The notes under the pieces were generated by a model. The model worked only from the letters and a program-made list of their open reading frames with translations, was not told the origin of the DNA and ran no database searches. From Candidatus Latescibacterota bacterium (lineage in GTDB: Bacteria; Latescibacterota; UBA2968; GCA-2709665), in contig CAXXXF010000014.1 in NCBI GenBank assembly GCA_963667175.2, forward strand, positions 32,001 through 96,000: a stretch of 64,000 bases of DNA, in the 5' to 3' direction. Both the position numbers and the translations under genes were made by a program. Shown here piece after piece: positions 18,362 through 27,240 of the stretch. Each line of letters opens with the position of its first letter. Position 1 is the first letter of the stretch.

Positions 18362-19510
18362 TCAGTCTTCGAACGCCGACGGCGCATAGAGCCTGCCGGC
18401 GCGGATGGTGGATACCGCGTCGAGCTTCTGTTCGCCCGAACGGGTCCTGCCGCGGGTATCGGTGAAAACGAAGCTGCCGGATTTGAGTTCGAGGATGGCC
18501 AGGTCCGCCGCCGCGCCGGGACGTAGCGTGCCGATTTCACCCAGTACGCCCATGGCGCGCGCCGGGGCCGCCGTCACCTTCTCCAGGGCCTGATCCAGCG
18601 ACAGACCCAGGAAGAGGAATTTGGAGACTGTGGTGAGGAGGTCGAACACCGGCCCGCTCAGATTGTAGACGTGCAGGTCGCTTGAAATGGCGTCCGGCGG
18701 GAAGTCCTGGGCCATCGCGGCTTCGGCAACGTCGAACACAAAGCTGCCCTGGCCGTGGCCCACGTCGAAGAGAATCCCGTTTTCCGCGGCCCTTCGCGCG
18801 GCGGGACGGACCGCGCCTGAGTCGTCCAGGATGCCGGTGTCGCTCTGGTGAAAGCAGTGGGTGACGATGTCTCCCGCACGCAATTCGGCGATCATGGCAT
18901 CGAATGACAGGGGGCTGGCGTTGGGGTGGATCATCAGCGGGAGACCGGTGGCGTCGGATATCTCACGCGCCCGATTCAGCCCTTCACGGCCGTTCTCACC
19001 AACCAGTTTCGTCGTCATCCGGATCTTGACGCCGACAATGTCGTCCTTGTATACCTCACACATCCGTACAGCGCGGTCCACGTCGGCGAACCGGAGATCG
19101 GTGAGTTCGCCAATATCGGGCGACAACAAACCCTGGGACGAGACGTGCAGGAAGGCCTTGATGCGGGTTGCGCTGGCGTCGATCACGTATTTCTTGAAAC
19201 CCTGAAACGTGTCTGCGCCCGCGGAACCGGTGTCGTAGACGGTGGTCACGCCTCTGGCCAGGCACGTGGGGTCGGGCGCCACGCCGTAATGGGAGACGCC
19301 CCACCAGACGTGAACGTGCAGATCGATCAGGCCGGGGGTTACCAGGTACCCGGTCGCGTCGACCACGGTCTGCGCCTTCTCTTCGTAGATCTCATCTTCC
19401 AGCGCGGCGATCCGTCCGCCCGCAATCGCCACGTCCCGAACCGCGTGCAGATCCTGCGCCGGGTCGATCACCGTACCGCCCTTGATGAGCATGTCGTATG
19501 GCGCCGACAT
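18362..19510 (-). CDS. Amidohydrolase/deacetylase family metallohydrolase (dihydroorotase-like)
   Basis: TPGLIDLHVH, GVTTVYDTGSAG, GVKIRM, GDIVTHCF, DVGHGQGSF and ISSDLH motifs. Confidence 0.88.
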   Translation of the reverse strand: MSAPYDMLIKGGTVIDPAQDLHAVRDVAIAGGRIAALEDEIYEEKAQTVVDATGYLVTPGLIDLHVHVWWGVSHYGVAPDPTCLARGVTTVYDTGSAGADTFQGFKKYVIDASATRIKAFLHVSSQGLLSPDIGELTDLRFADVDRAVRMCEVYKDDIVGVKIRMTTKLVGENGREGLNRAREISDATGLPLMIHPNASPLSFDAMIAELRAGDIVTHCFHQSDTGILDDSGAVRPAARRAAENGILFDVGHGQGSFVFDVAEAAMAQDFPPDAISSDLHVYNLSGPVFDLLTTVSKFLFLGLSLDQALEKVTAAPARAMGVLGEIGTLRPGAAADLAILELKSGSFVFTDTRGRTRSGEQKLDAVSTIRAGRLYAPSAFED

Positions 19511-19597
19511 AGGATTCCTCGACAATGGGGCTGATAAATGCCCCGGTTTCTGCCGCTTGCAGCCGGAAAATAAAGAAAAAACCCAGTTGCGGCAAAC

Positions 19598-19629
19598 GAG
19601 AAAAGGGGCAACCCGACGGGCGCCCCTTT
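19598..19629 (-). terminator. Intrinsic terminator after mdh
   Basis: Minus strand GGGGCGCCCG..CGGGTTGCCCC followed by TTTTCT. Confidence 0.6.
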
Positions 19630-19655
19630 GGCGTATGAATGCCTTCAACGGACTG

Positions 19656-20666
19656 CTACGCCAGATTCGGGTTGCTGCGCCCCCACTCTGACAGCGGCGG
19701 CAGGATGCCCTCCCGGATGATTTCGTCGCGCAATCCGACCAGATGCGCGTAGGAATTCCTCAACGCCGCGAGATCTTCCTCCGTTCCTACCGGCATCCTG
19801 CAGGTGACGCCTTCCGACGAGAGGGAGGCGGGCATGGCCATCATGATATCGCTGAATTCACCGTTGTTGACGTAGGCGCCGCACGGCCAGTCGTAGGGTT
19901 CGCCGAACAGCCCCCGCAGCATGAAGACGCTCTGCTGCGCGGGAGACTGGAACGACGAGCGGCCGCGCAACCGGATGATCCGGGCGCCGCCGCCGGTCAC
20001 GTGGGCCTGGATGCCGCTCCACGCCTCCGGCGTAAGGCTGACGCCGTTTACGGTCTTTCCCGCCAGGATTTCCGTGAGGGGAATGCCGTCAACCGCGGTT
20101 CCACTCTTGAAGACGGCCATCGTCTCGCCGTGGCCGCCGTACGTCTTGCAGCCGGTGACCAGGTCCTGCTGAATGCCGAAATGCTGGGCCAGCGCCGTCT
20201 GCAGCCGTGTGCTGTCCAGGGCGGCCAGCGTGGACACCCTGCCGGAGGGAAGCCCTGAGTGCACCAGCGTGGTGAGCCCGGTGATATCCGCCGGGTTGAA
20301 AATGATGATGACGAACTTGCATTCCGGACAATGTCGCTTGATATCCAGACCGAGTTGCTTCGCGATCAGACCGTTGTCCCGCGTGAGGTCTTCGCGCGTC
20401 ATCCCTTCTTTCCTGGGCGCCCCGCCCGAACTGATCACGTACGCGGCGCCGGAAAGGGCTTCGGCGACATCGGCGGTCCAAGTGACGTTCGCGCCGGGGA
20501 ATCCGCAGTGGTAGATTTCTTCGGCGGCCCCCTCGAGCCCGGGTTCGAACGGGTCGTACATGGATACCCTGCCGGCGGTACCCGACGCCAGCAGGGTCTG
20601 GGCGAGATTGGAGCCGATGGCTCCGGCCGCACCCAGAACGGCGACTTTCTCATCCGTTAGGTACAT
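19656..20666 (-). CDS. mdh: Malate dehydrogenase (LDH/MDH family)
   Basis: GAAGAIGS Rossmann motif, GAPRKEGMTREDL, IFNPAD, LDSTRL, GGHGE and RGRSSFQSP. Confidence 0.88.
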   Translation of the reverse strand: MYLTDEKVAVLGAAGAIGSNLAQTLLASGTAGRVSMYDPFEPGLEGAAEEIYHCGFPGANVTWTADVAEALSGAAYVISSGGAPRKEGMTREDLTRDNGLIAKQLGLDIKRHCPECKFVIIIFNPADITGLTTLVHSGLPSGRVSTLAALDSTRLQTALAQHFGIQQDLVTGCKTYGGHGETMAVFKSGTAVDGIPLTEILAGKTVNGVSLTPEAWSGIQAHVTGGGARIIRLRGRSSFQSPAQQSVFMLRGLFGEPYDWPCGAYVNNGEFSDIMMAMPASLSSEGVTCRMPVGTEEDLAALRNSYAHLVGLRDEIIREGILPPLSEWGRSNPNLA

Positions 20667-20695
20667 CGGTTCATTCTCCCGGCGGCCGGTCCGAC

Positions 20696-21940
20696 TCACT
20701 CGCCGGCCTGGTCTTGCAGGCTCGTACTCATATTGAAGGCCTCCTCCGCGTTCTTAGCGCTTTTCGATGCCGCGTCGTCCATACCCGCCTCAGACTGCTC
20801 CTGCGAAAGCAGGGCCCACGATCGGGAAAGCGCCTGCCAGCCGGACACGCTGGTGGTTCTCAGGCTGACGACCATCTTGAGGGCATCGATGGATTCCTTG
20901 AGCTTGCCCTGCTTTTCATAAATCCGTCCCAGCCGGAACCAGGCGTCGGCGTCCTGCGGATTGGCCTGGACGCTCTTCAGGAACAGGTTGACGGCCTCGT
21001 CGGTTCTGCCCAGGTTCCGGTAGCACTCCGCGAGATTGAACAGCGTATCGACGTCTTCGGGCCTTTGCGCGGCGACCCTTTCGAGGAGTTCGGCCGCCTT
21101 TGCGTAATTGCCTCCCATCAGATGCATCTGCCCGGCCATGACCAACACGTCCAGATTATCCGGGTCGATGGCCAGGGCTTTCTCCGCGGTTTCGAGGGCG
21201 CCGACCTTGTCGTCCATATACTGCTGGGCGCGGGCCAGGTCGTTCAGATAGTCGGCGTTGTCGGGCACGAGCTCACAGGCCCTGGCGAAGCACTGCATCG
21301 CTTCTTCGTAATTCTTCATATTCATATACGCCCGGCCCAGGTTGACGAACGAAGATGCTTCCGTGCTGTCGAGCTCCACCGCCTTTTCATAGGCGTCGAT
21401 GCCCGCCTGCGCCTGGCCCATGTTCAGGTAGGTCACCCCCAGCGCCTGGTACGTCATGGGTTTCTCCGGCGCCAGCGCGATGGCTCTCTGGAGGGATTCG
21501 ATGGCCGCGCCGTAGTCTTGGGCGCCAATCGCCCGAACCGCGTTGTTGTAGTTCCGGCTCCACCACATGTCCAGGTACGGCTGGATCTTCTTGGCGAATT
21601 TCTTCTTCCCTTTCTTCGTTGCCAGGACCAGTTCGAATTCCTTTCTCATCTCGTCCTGCATGTTCTTCTCGGAATAGATCTCGCCCAACATGAAGTGCGC
21701 CTGTACGTCGTTGGGGTCGCCTTCGATGACGATCAGCAACTGGGCGAGGGCTTTGTCGAACAACCGCTGGCTGATGTAGAGGTGGGCGGACCGCTTGGCA
21801 ATCTTGGCGTCGCCCTTAGTGATCTTCTTTTTCGCGGCGTACAACTCCGGAGGCGCGGTCCCGAAGGAGGCCAACACAAGAAGCGCGAACACGAGAATGC
21901 CCGGTCGGCGCAGGTATTGTATGATGAAGTCCAAAGTCAT
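20696..21940 (-). CDS. Secreted tetratricopeptide-repeat protein
   Basis: Signal-like N-terminus followed by many TPR units (AHFMLGEIY, YQALGVTY, FVNLGRAY, LFNLAECY, WFRLGRIY). Confidence 0.88.
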   Translation of the reverse strand: MTLDFIIQYLRRPGILVFALLVLASFGTAPPELYAAKKKITKGDAKIAKRSAHLYISQRLFDKALAQLLIVIEGDPNDVQAHFMLGEIYSEKNMQDEMRKEFELVLATKKGKKKFAKKIQPYLDMWWSRNYNNAVRAIGAQDYGAAIESLQRAIALAPEKPMTYQALGVTYLNMGQAQAGIDAYEKAVELDSTEASSFVNLGRAYMNMKNYEEAMQCFARACELVPDNADYLNDLARAQQYMDDKVGALETAEKALAIDPDNLDVLVMAGQMHLMGGNYAKAAELLERVAAQRPEDVDTLFNLAECYRNLGRTDEAVNLFLKSVQANPQDADAWFRLGRIYEKQGKLKESIDALKMVVSLRTTSVSGWQALSRSWALLSQEQSEAGMDDAASKSAKNAEEAFNMSTSLQDQAGE

Positions 21941-22076
21941 ACCCCTTTCTATTTTACACCGTACCATCGATTCGGCCGATGTACGTCCAGGCACGGAAAC
22001 ACAGCACGACCCTCTGGCAGGGTTGAACCCATCGTGAATCACACCGCTTTTTCAGAACCAATCGTCGGATCGGTGC

Positions 22077-22105
22077 AATATAGGCGGCCTGTAGAATTCT
22101 GTCAA
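22077..22105 (-). promoter_or_regulatory. Sigma-70 promoter for TPR-mdh
   Basis: Minus strand TTGACA, 17 bp, TATATT. Confidence 0.65.
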
Positions 22106-22231
22106 GGTCAAACGCGCGAAAATCGCGCGCCAGATCACAGCCGACACGTGTAAGGTCGACAAGCGAGGGGAACGTCGCGAGACGGGATGAATCTACGGTC
22201 GAATGGTGACGGATTTCCGGGACAGAACACC

Positions 22232-22423
22232 TTATGTGTCCCTGTCCGAAATCAGCACCCCGCCCACCGACCAGTGGTCGCGGGTCACTTCCTCGATGAC
22301 CACCATCGTGCCTTCCGGTTTCGCTCCACAGAACTTCTGCAGCGCGTCTGTAATGGCCCTGACCAGTTCGCGTTTCTGGTCCTTCGTGCGGCCGTCGAGC
22401 ATCTTCACGTTGACATAGGGCAT
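22232..22423 (-). CDS. 4-oxalocrotonate tautomerase family protein
   Basis: Catalytic Pro1. MPYVNVKMLDGRTKDQKREL...VIEEV...WSVGG. Confidence 0.9.
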   Translation of the reverse strand: MPYVNVKMLDGRTKDQKRELVRAITDALQKFCGAKPEGTMVVIEEVTRDHWSVGGVLISDRDT

Positions 22424-22623
22424 GCGGGCATCCTTTCCGATGACGAAAAACAGTGGAACGCAGGGTCTGACCCTGTCCTGTGACCGAAAACAAAGGGTAA
22501 GGTAAGGAAAAACGTCCGGGTATCAAGTTTGAATCGAATGCAAAACGCAACTGACGAACGCGGTCTGCCCGACCAACGCCCGCACGGCCCACGGAACCTG
22601 CGGACGACAGCGGACGGCGGTGC

Positions 22624-23667
22624 CTACGCCTGGGTTTCGTCGATGACGATCAGGGTCTTGACGGATTCTCCGGCTTCGGCCACGGTCTGAAAACCATCGG
22701 CGGCTTCTTCCAGAGAGAAGCGGTGGGTAACGAGTTTTCTGGCGGTCACCACCCCGAGGCCAACGATGTCCATGGCTTCCACGGTGTCGGGAGGACCGCA
22801 GGAATAACTCGTCAGGAGGGTAATGTCCCTGGAATAGAGATCGTAAGGATCGACAGAGAGGGTCCGGCCGGGTTCGGCCGGTGTGAACAGAAGCACGGTC
22901 CCGCCCACGCCCACCGCGGTTAAACCCGCCTCCATCGCCGTCAGCGTTCCCGGACCGACCACAACCAGGTCGGCCATGTCCCCGCGGGTGGCGTCAGCGA
23001 CGGATTCAGCCAGGTCCTCCACCGTGGCGTCGACGCCTGCGTCGGCGCCGAGTTCCAGGGCTTTTTCCAGCCGGTAGGGCACCATGTCCGACACAATCAC
23101 GGTGGACGCGCCGTAATGCCGGGCGACCAGCGCGAGAAGCTGGCCCATAATGCCCATCCCGATGATCACCACGCGGTCGCCAGGCTGCATGCGGGCGCGG
23201 CGTTTCAGCGCCTGGACCGCGCAGGCCGTCGGCTCGACGAGCGCGCCGTCTTCCAGGGACAGCGAAGCCGGTAGCTTCAGGGTATCGGTTTTGAGGTTGA
23301 GACCGGGAACGCGGACGAATTCAGCGAGTCCGCCGGGGTCCAGCGCGGAGGCCTTCCAGGTGGGGCACATTGAAAAATGCCCCCGGCGGCAGAAACGGCA
23401 GTTCCTGCAGGGGGCATGATGGTGAACGAAAACCCGATCCCCGGGTGAGAATCCGGTGGCTTCGGAGCCGACGTCGACGATGGTCCCGGCGGGTTCGTGG
23501 CCGAGAACGACGGGGGCCTTGCGACGCACGTACCACGGCAGCGTATCGCTGGTACAGATGCCGCAGACTGCCATTTTGACGAGGGCGTCTTCAGGTCCGA
23601 TTACCGGGACCGGTTCTTCTTCGATGCGGACGTCGCCGTAGTCGTACAGACGGGCTACGCGCATCAC
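22624..23667 (-). CDS. Zn-dependent (MDR) alcohol/polyol dehydrogenase
   Basis: CGICTSD, LGHE, CRNCRFC..C, VEPTAC and GMGIMG motifs. Confidence 0.9.
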   Translation of the reverse strand: MMRVARLYDYGDVRIEEEPVPVIGPEDALVKMAVCGICTSDTLPWYVRRKAPVVLGHEPAGTIVDVGSEATGFSPGDRVFVHHHAPCRNCRFCRRGHFSMCPTWKASALDPGGLAEFVRVPGLNLKTDTLKLPASLSLEDGALVEPTACAVQALKRRARMQPGDRVVIIGMGIMGQLLALVARHYGASTVIVSDMVPYRLEKALELGADAGVDATVEDLAESVADATRGDMADLVVVGPGTLTAMEAGLTAVGVGGTVLLFTPAEPGRTLSVDPYDLYSRDITLLTSYSCGPPDTVEAMDIVGLGVVTARKLVTHRFSLEEAADGFQTVAEAGESVKTLIVIDETQA

Positions 23668-24719
23668 CCTGCTTTTTCCGGGCTGGGCTCGGAAGGCACA
23701 ACCGAGTATTTGACGTCGTTGCCCTTCTTCAGAAGAAGATCGAAGACGTGTTTCAGGTCGGACAGGGTATACGTGCCCGAAATCAGACCATTGAGATGGA
23801 TCTTCCTGTCCACCAGCATCTGGTAGGCCTTCTTGACGGCGCTGCGGCTATAGTGAAACACGCCCTTGAGGGTAATCTGATCGTAGTGTAACCGGGTGGT
23901 GTCGAAGGTGGCGACGGTGCCCTTCGGAAGACCGCCGAACAGGACGATCGTGCCCCCCTTGGCGACCAGGTCGGGCGTGCTCTCCCAGACGGCCAACTGC
24001 CCGGTGCATTCGATTACCAGATCCGCGCCGATGCCGCCGGTCAGCTCCCTGACACGGTCGATCGCGTTCTCCGTTTCCACGTCGATGATCTCGTCGGCGC
24101 CGAGCGTGGTGGCAAGTCTGAGACGGTGTTCGCGCTTGCCCGCGACAATCACGCGCTTTGCGCCAAAGGCGCGCACGACGGCCGTATGCATCAGACCGAT
24201 AGCGCCCGCGCCGATGATGAGCACGGTGGCGTCCGGGCCCATTAGCACCTGGTCCATGCCGTAGACCACGCACGAGAGTGGCTCCAGCATCGCCGCTTCT
24301 TCGTAGGAAAGATCGGCAGGCTTTTTGTACATATTGTTTTCGACGACGTGGGCCGGCACGCGAACGTATTCCGCGAAAGCGCCGAATACCATCTCGTCGA
24401 TGGCGTACCGGCATAGGTTCTCCCTCGACTTCCGGCAGTCCACGCATTTGCCGCAGGGCGCGGTGGGCGCGGTCATCACCTGGTCGCCCGGCTTGAATCT
24501 GGTGACCCCCTCGCCGACTTCGTAGATATCGCCGGAGAACTCATGCCCCAACGGCGTTGGCGTTGGAATCTTGGGGTGGCCGCGGCGGAAGGTCTTCAGT
24601 TCGGTGCCGCACGTCAGCGCGGACCGAACCCTGACGACGACTTCCCCGGGGCCAGCGGCGGGAATGTCGACGTCCCGCAGTTCAAGCCGACCGGGTTCCA
24701 GAAGAAGCGATGAAAGCAT
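23664..24719 (-). CDS. Zn-dependent (MDR) alcohol/polyol dehydrogenase
   Basis: TCGTE, LGHEFSG, CGKCVDC..C, LEPLSC and GAGAIG motifs. Stop overlaps the next start. Confidence 0.9.
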   Translation of the reverse strand: MLSSLLLEPGRLELRDVDIPAAGPGEVVVRVRSALTCGTELKTFRRGHPKIPTPTPLGHEFSGDIYEVGEGVTRFKPGDQVMTAPTAPCGKCVDCRKSRENLCRYAIDEMVFGAFAEYVRVPAHVVENNMYKKPADLSYEEAAMLEPLSCVVYGMDQVLMGPDATVLIIGAGAIGLMHTAVVRAFGAKRVIVAGKREHRLRLATTLGADEIIDVETENAIDRVRELTGGIGADLVIECTGQLAVWESTPDLVAKGGTIVLFGGLPKGTVATFDTTRLHYDQITLKGVFHYSRSAVKKAYQMLVDRKIHLNGLISGTYTLSDLKHVFDLLLKKGNDVKYSVVPSEPSPEKAG

Positions 24720-24960
24720 TGTCCTCGCTCCTCTTCAATAGGTGGCGCATCCTGTACAAACCTGCCATATGAAAACTTACTGGAATTCGGTGCGGTTCGC
24801 AAGCGCTTTATCGGTAAATTTCGTCCCGACGCGCTTCCCGGATAACTTTCCGGGTACACTGGCAACGCGAAATCCAAGCACGAAACGTCACACAGAGTTC
24901 ACGCTGCAGCGGGCGGCAGATGCGCTTGCGCCGACAATCGCGGCCCATGCGCCAGGGGGC

Positions 24961-26292
24961 TCAGAAGACGGCTATTTCAGGGACCACAACGCGACCCAAT
25001 GCCGCCTTGCCGCCGTAGACTTTAACGTTAAACGGCGTGAGAAACGTCACCGGAACGTCACCGAGGACCGTGTTGTTCTCCAGGTCGAGGATCTTGAGGC
25101 CATACGATCCGGCAAGCAGATTGACGACGGCGACGTATGCGGTCTTGCCGTCGCGGGAAACCCCGAAATTCACGGCTTCCCCTTCGATCCGAATTTCGCT
25201 CATCTTCTCAAGCGTGCCTGCTTCTATGGTCCAGAAGTAACCGACAAGGACGATACCCAGGGGATGGTTTGCATCCAGAAATTGCCGCCTTACGGTCGCG
25301 TAGAGCTTTTCGCCATTCCGTGACGCCTGGAGGTCGTGCACGATCGTGGTCGAATCCCCTGCCACTACCAGCCCGTCAATAACCTCTTTGGTTTCGGGGT
25401 CGATCGACACGATCCGGACAGACGGGTCGTTGCCGCCCCGGGTTGTTGCGGTATAGATCCTGTCGCCCTCGCTCGAGACGGCCACCCGCCCGTTGCTCCA
25501 TCCGCCAAGTCGGATACTGTCCTCAAGCGACTGTCGAGGGCCGTCGATGACCGAAATCCACGGATATTCCGAATGCCCCACGTAGACCGTGTTACCGTTG
25601 GGAGAGACAGCGATGCCACTTGGCTTATACGAAAGCGGAATGAGTGCGACGGATTCTGCGTCTTTTAGATCGATCACTTCCACCTGTCTGGCGATTTCTT
25701 CGGTGACGTAAGCCAGCCGATGGTCCGGAGAAAGCGCCATGCGGAAGCCGCCGCGCGGGCCCCCGGTTGGCCCTGAAGATTCGGGGGGGTCCTCAAGCGG
25801 CAGCCGGTAGTCGATCTCACTGGATTCGGTGAGCGCGAAGAAGGAGTCGACGCAGGTGACATAAAAGCGCCTGTTGCGAAATGAGTAGGTCACGCTCCGA
25901 GGCTGGCTGAGGGTAACGGAAAGGCCGGGATCGTAGAAGTTGGATTGTGCATCCACCACGAATACCCTGTCCGCCCAGGTGTCGACGACGTAGATCCGTC
26001 GAGGGTCGAAGGGTTCACGATCGCTGTCGTCTGTTGGCGGTTCCGGGACTCCGAATCCCCTCGCGAAGAGGATGAAGTCCTGGAAGTCCACCTCCCCGTT
26101 GCCGTTCAGGTCCAGCCGTGCGTCGAATCCGGCGTCCTGATCGGTTTTCCCGAATCCTCTCGCGAAGATGATGAAATCCGTAAAACCGACTTCGCCGTCT
26201 TCGTCGAAGTCGACGGACGGCGCTTCCTGTGCGACGCCGCTGCTGCTCAAGAGGAGACAGACGCTGAACAGGACGAGTGCGACCCTGGTCAT
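24961..26292 (-). CDS. Secreted protein: dockerin/EF-hand-like pair plus YVTN-type beta-propeller
   Basis: Signal peptide. DFDEDGEVGFTDFIIFARGFG and DLNGNGEVDFQDFILFARGFG. Propeller repeats such as SPDHRLAYV and SPNGNTVYV. Confidence 0.8.
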   Translation of the reverse strand: MTRVALVLFSVCLLLSSSGVAQEAPSVDFDEDGEVGFTDFIIFARGFGKTDQDAGFDARLDLNGNGEVDFQDFILFARGFGVPEPPTDDSDREPFDPRRIYVVDTWADRVFVVDAQSNFYDPGLSVTLSQPRSVTYSFRNRRFYVTCVDSFFALTESSEIDYRLPLEDPPESSGPTGGPRGGFRMALSPDHRLAYVTEEIARQVEVIDLKDAESVALIPLSYKPSGIAVSPNGNTVYVGHSEYPWISVIDGPRQSLEDSIRLGGWSNGRVAVSSEGDRIYTATTRGGNDPSVRIVSIDPETKEVIDGLVVAGDSTTIVHDLQASRNGEKLYATVRRQFLDANHPLGIVLVGYFWTIEAGTLEKMSEIRIEGEAVNFGVSRDGKTAYVAVVNLLAGSYGLKILDLENNTVLGDVPVTFLTPFNVKVYGGKAALGRVVVPEIAVF

Positions 26293-26313
26293 TTTATCTT
26301 CCTCCGGGGTGGG

Positions 26314-27111
26314 TCAGTCCGGATAGAGCTCGGACCGGTACCGCCTGGTGTAGAACCGCGTGGCTTTTTCCACGTCGAGGTCCGCGATGAGAAGGTCTTC
26401 CCTGCCGCGCGGGATGGTTTCGATGAGATCGCCCTGAGGGTCGATGAGGCTGGTGGCCGAGTTCTGGCCCTTCATGGCCTGATTGACGCTGGCGAAGTAG
26501 ACGTTGTTCTCCCCCGCCCGGCACTGCATGGCCTTCTCGTAGAAGGACTCGCCCCACTTCCCGGGCTCCTCTCCTCCTTCGTCGCTGCCCGTGACCTGGG
26601 GTTGAAAGACAATCCGCGCGCCCCGGACGGCGGACCAGCGCACGGTCTCCGGATAGCGCCAGCCTTCGTGGCAGATGGTAATTCCGAATTTGACGCCCTT
26701 TACGGCAAACACCCGTCGCCGCCCGTCCGGCACGTAGTTCTCCGACTCGCCGCCCGGCGTGATCTGGTTTTTGGTCTGATACCCGAGCACCCGGCCCGCA
26801 GGGGAGATGACGAATGCCCTGTTTTCGAGGCCGAGTTCGGACTGCCATTCCATCCCGGCGATCATGGCCACACCGGTATCGCGGCATGCCGCGCGAAGGT
26901 CCCTCAACGCGCGTTCCATGACGGGCTGATCCGGGCGGGGCAGATCGAACGATGCGCCTCTGAGGCCGGGAAGGTACGTCTCGGGCGTGCAGACGATGTC
27001 CACCTGCCGGTCCCGGCACTCGTGGAGGACGGAAATCAGCTTTTCGACTCCTTCCGGCACGGAGGGCCGCTGCTTGAGCGCGGCCAAGCAGACGCGTAGC
27101 GTTTTCGGCAT
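26314..27111 (-). CDS. Carbon-nitrogen hydrolase (nitrilase superfamily)
   Basis: TPE, QTK and ICHEGWRYPE give the Glu-Lys-Cys triad. Confidence 0.88.
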   Translation of the reverse strand: MPKTLRVCLAALKQRPSVPEGVEKLISVLHECRDRQVDIVCTPETYLPGLRGASFDLPRPDQPVMERALRDLRAACRDTGVAMIAGMEWQSELGLENRAFVISPAGRVLGYQTKNQITPGGESENYVPDGRRRVFAVKGVKFGITICHEGWRYPETVRWSAVRGARIVFQPQVTGSDEGGEEPGKWGESFYEKAMQCRAGENNVYFASVNQAMKGQNSATSLIDPQGDLIETIPRGREDLLIADLDVEKATRFYTRRYRSELYPD

Positions 27112-27240
27112 GGGACGAGTCCTTGCTGTTTGTGGGTTCGTACGCAGGACCGGGGATCGAAGCTCAATTGAAACGTGCGGAACCGTTCCGGCAAAAGATC
27201 AACAGAACCAGGGGAATTGTCAACCAGATCGGCGGGAGCA

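Noticed and set aside
20714-22153. 479-aa plus-strand ORF, and similar long antisense ORFs such as 2160-3263, 10235-11254, 25945-27099 and 55820-57031
   Set aside because: Shadow frames opposite well-supported genes in GC-rich DNA; no motifs.
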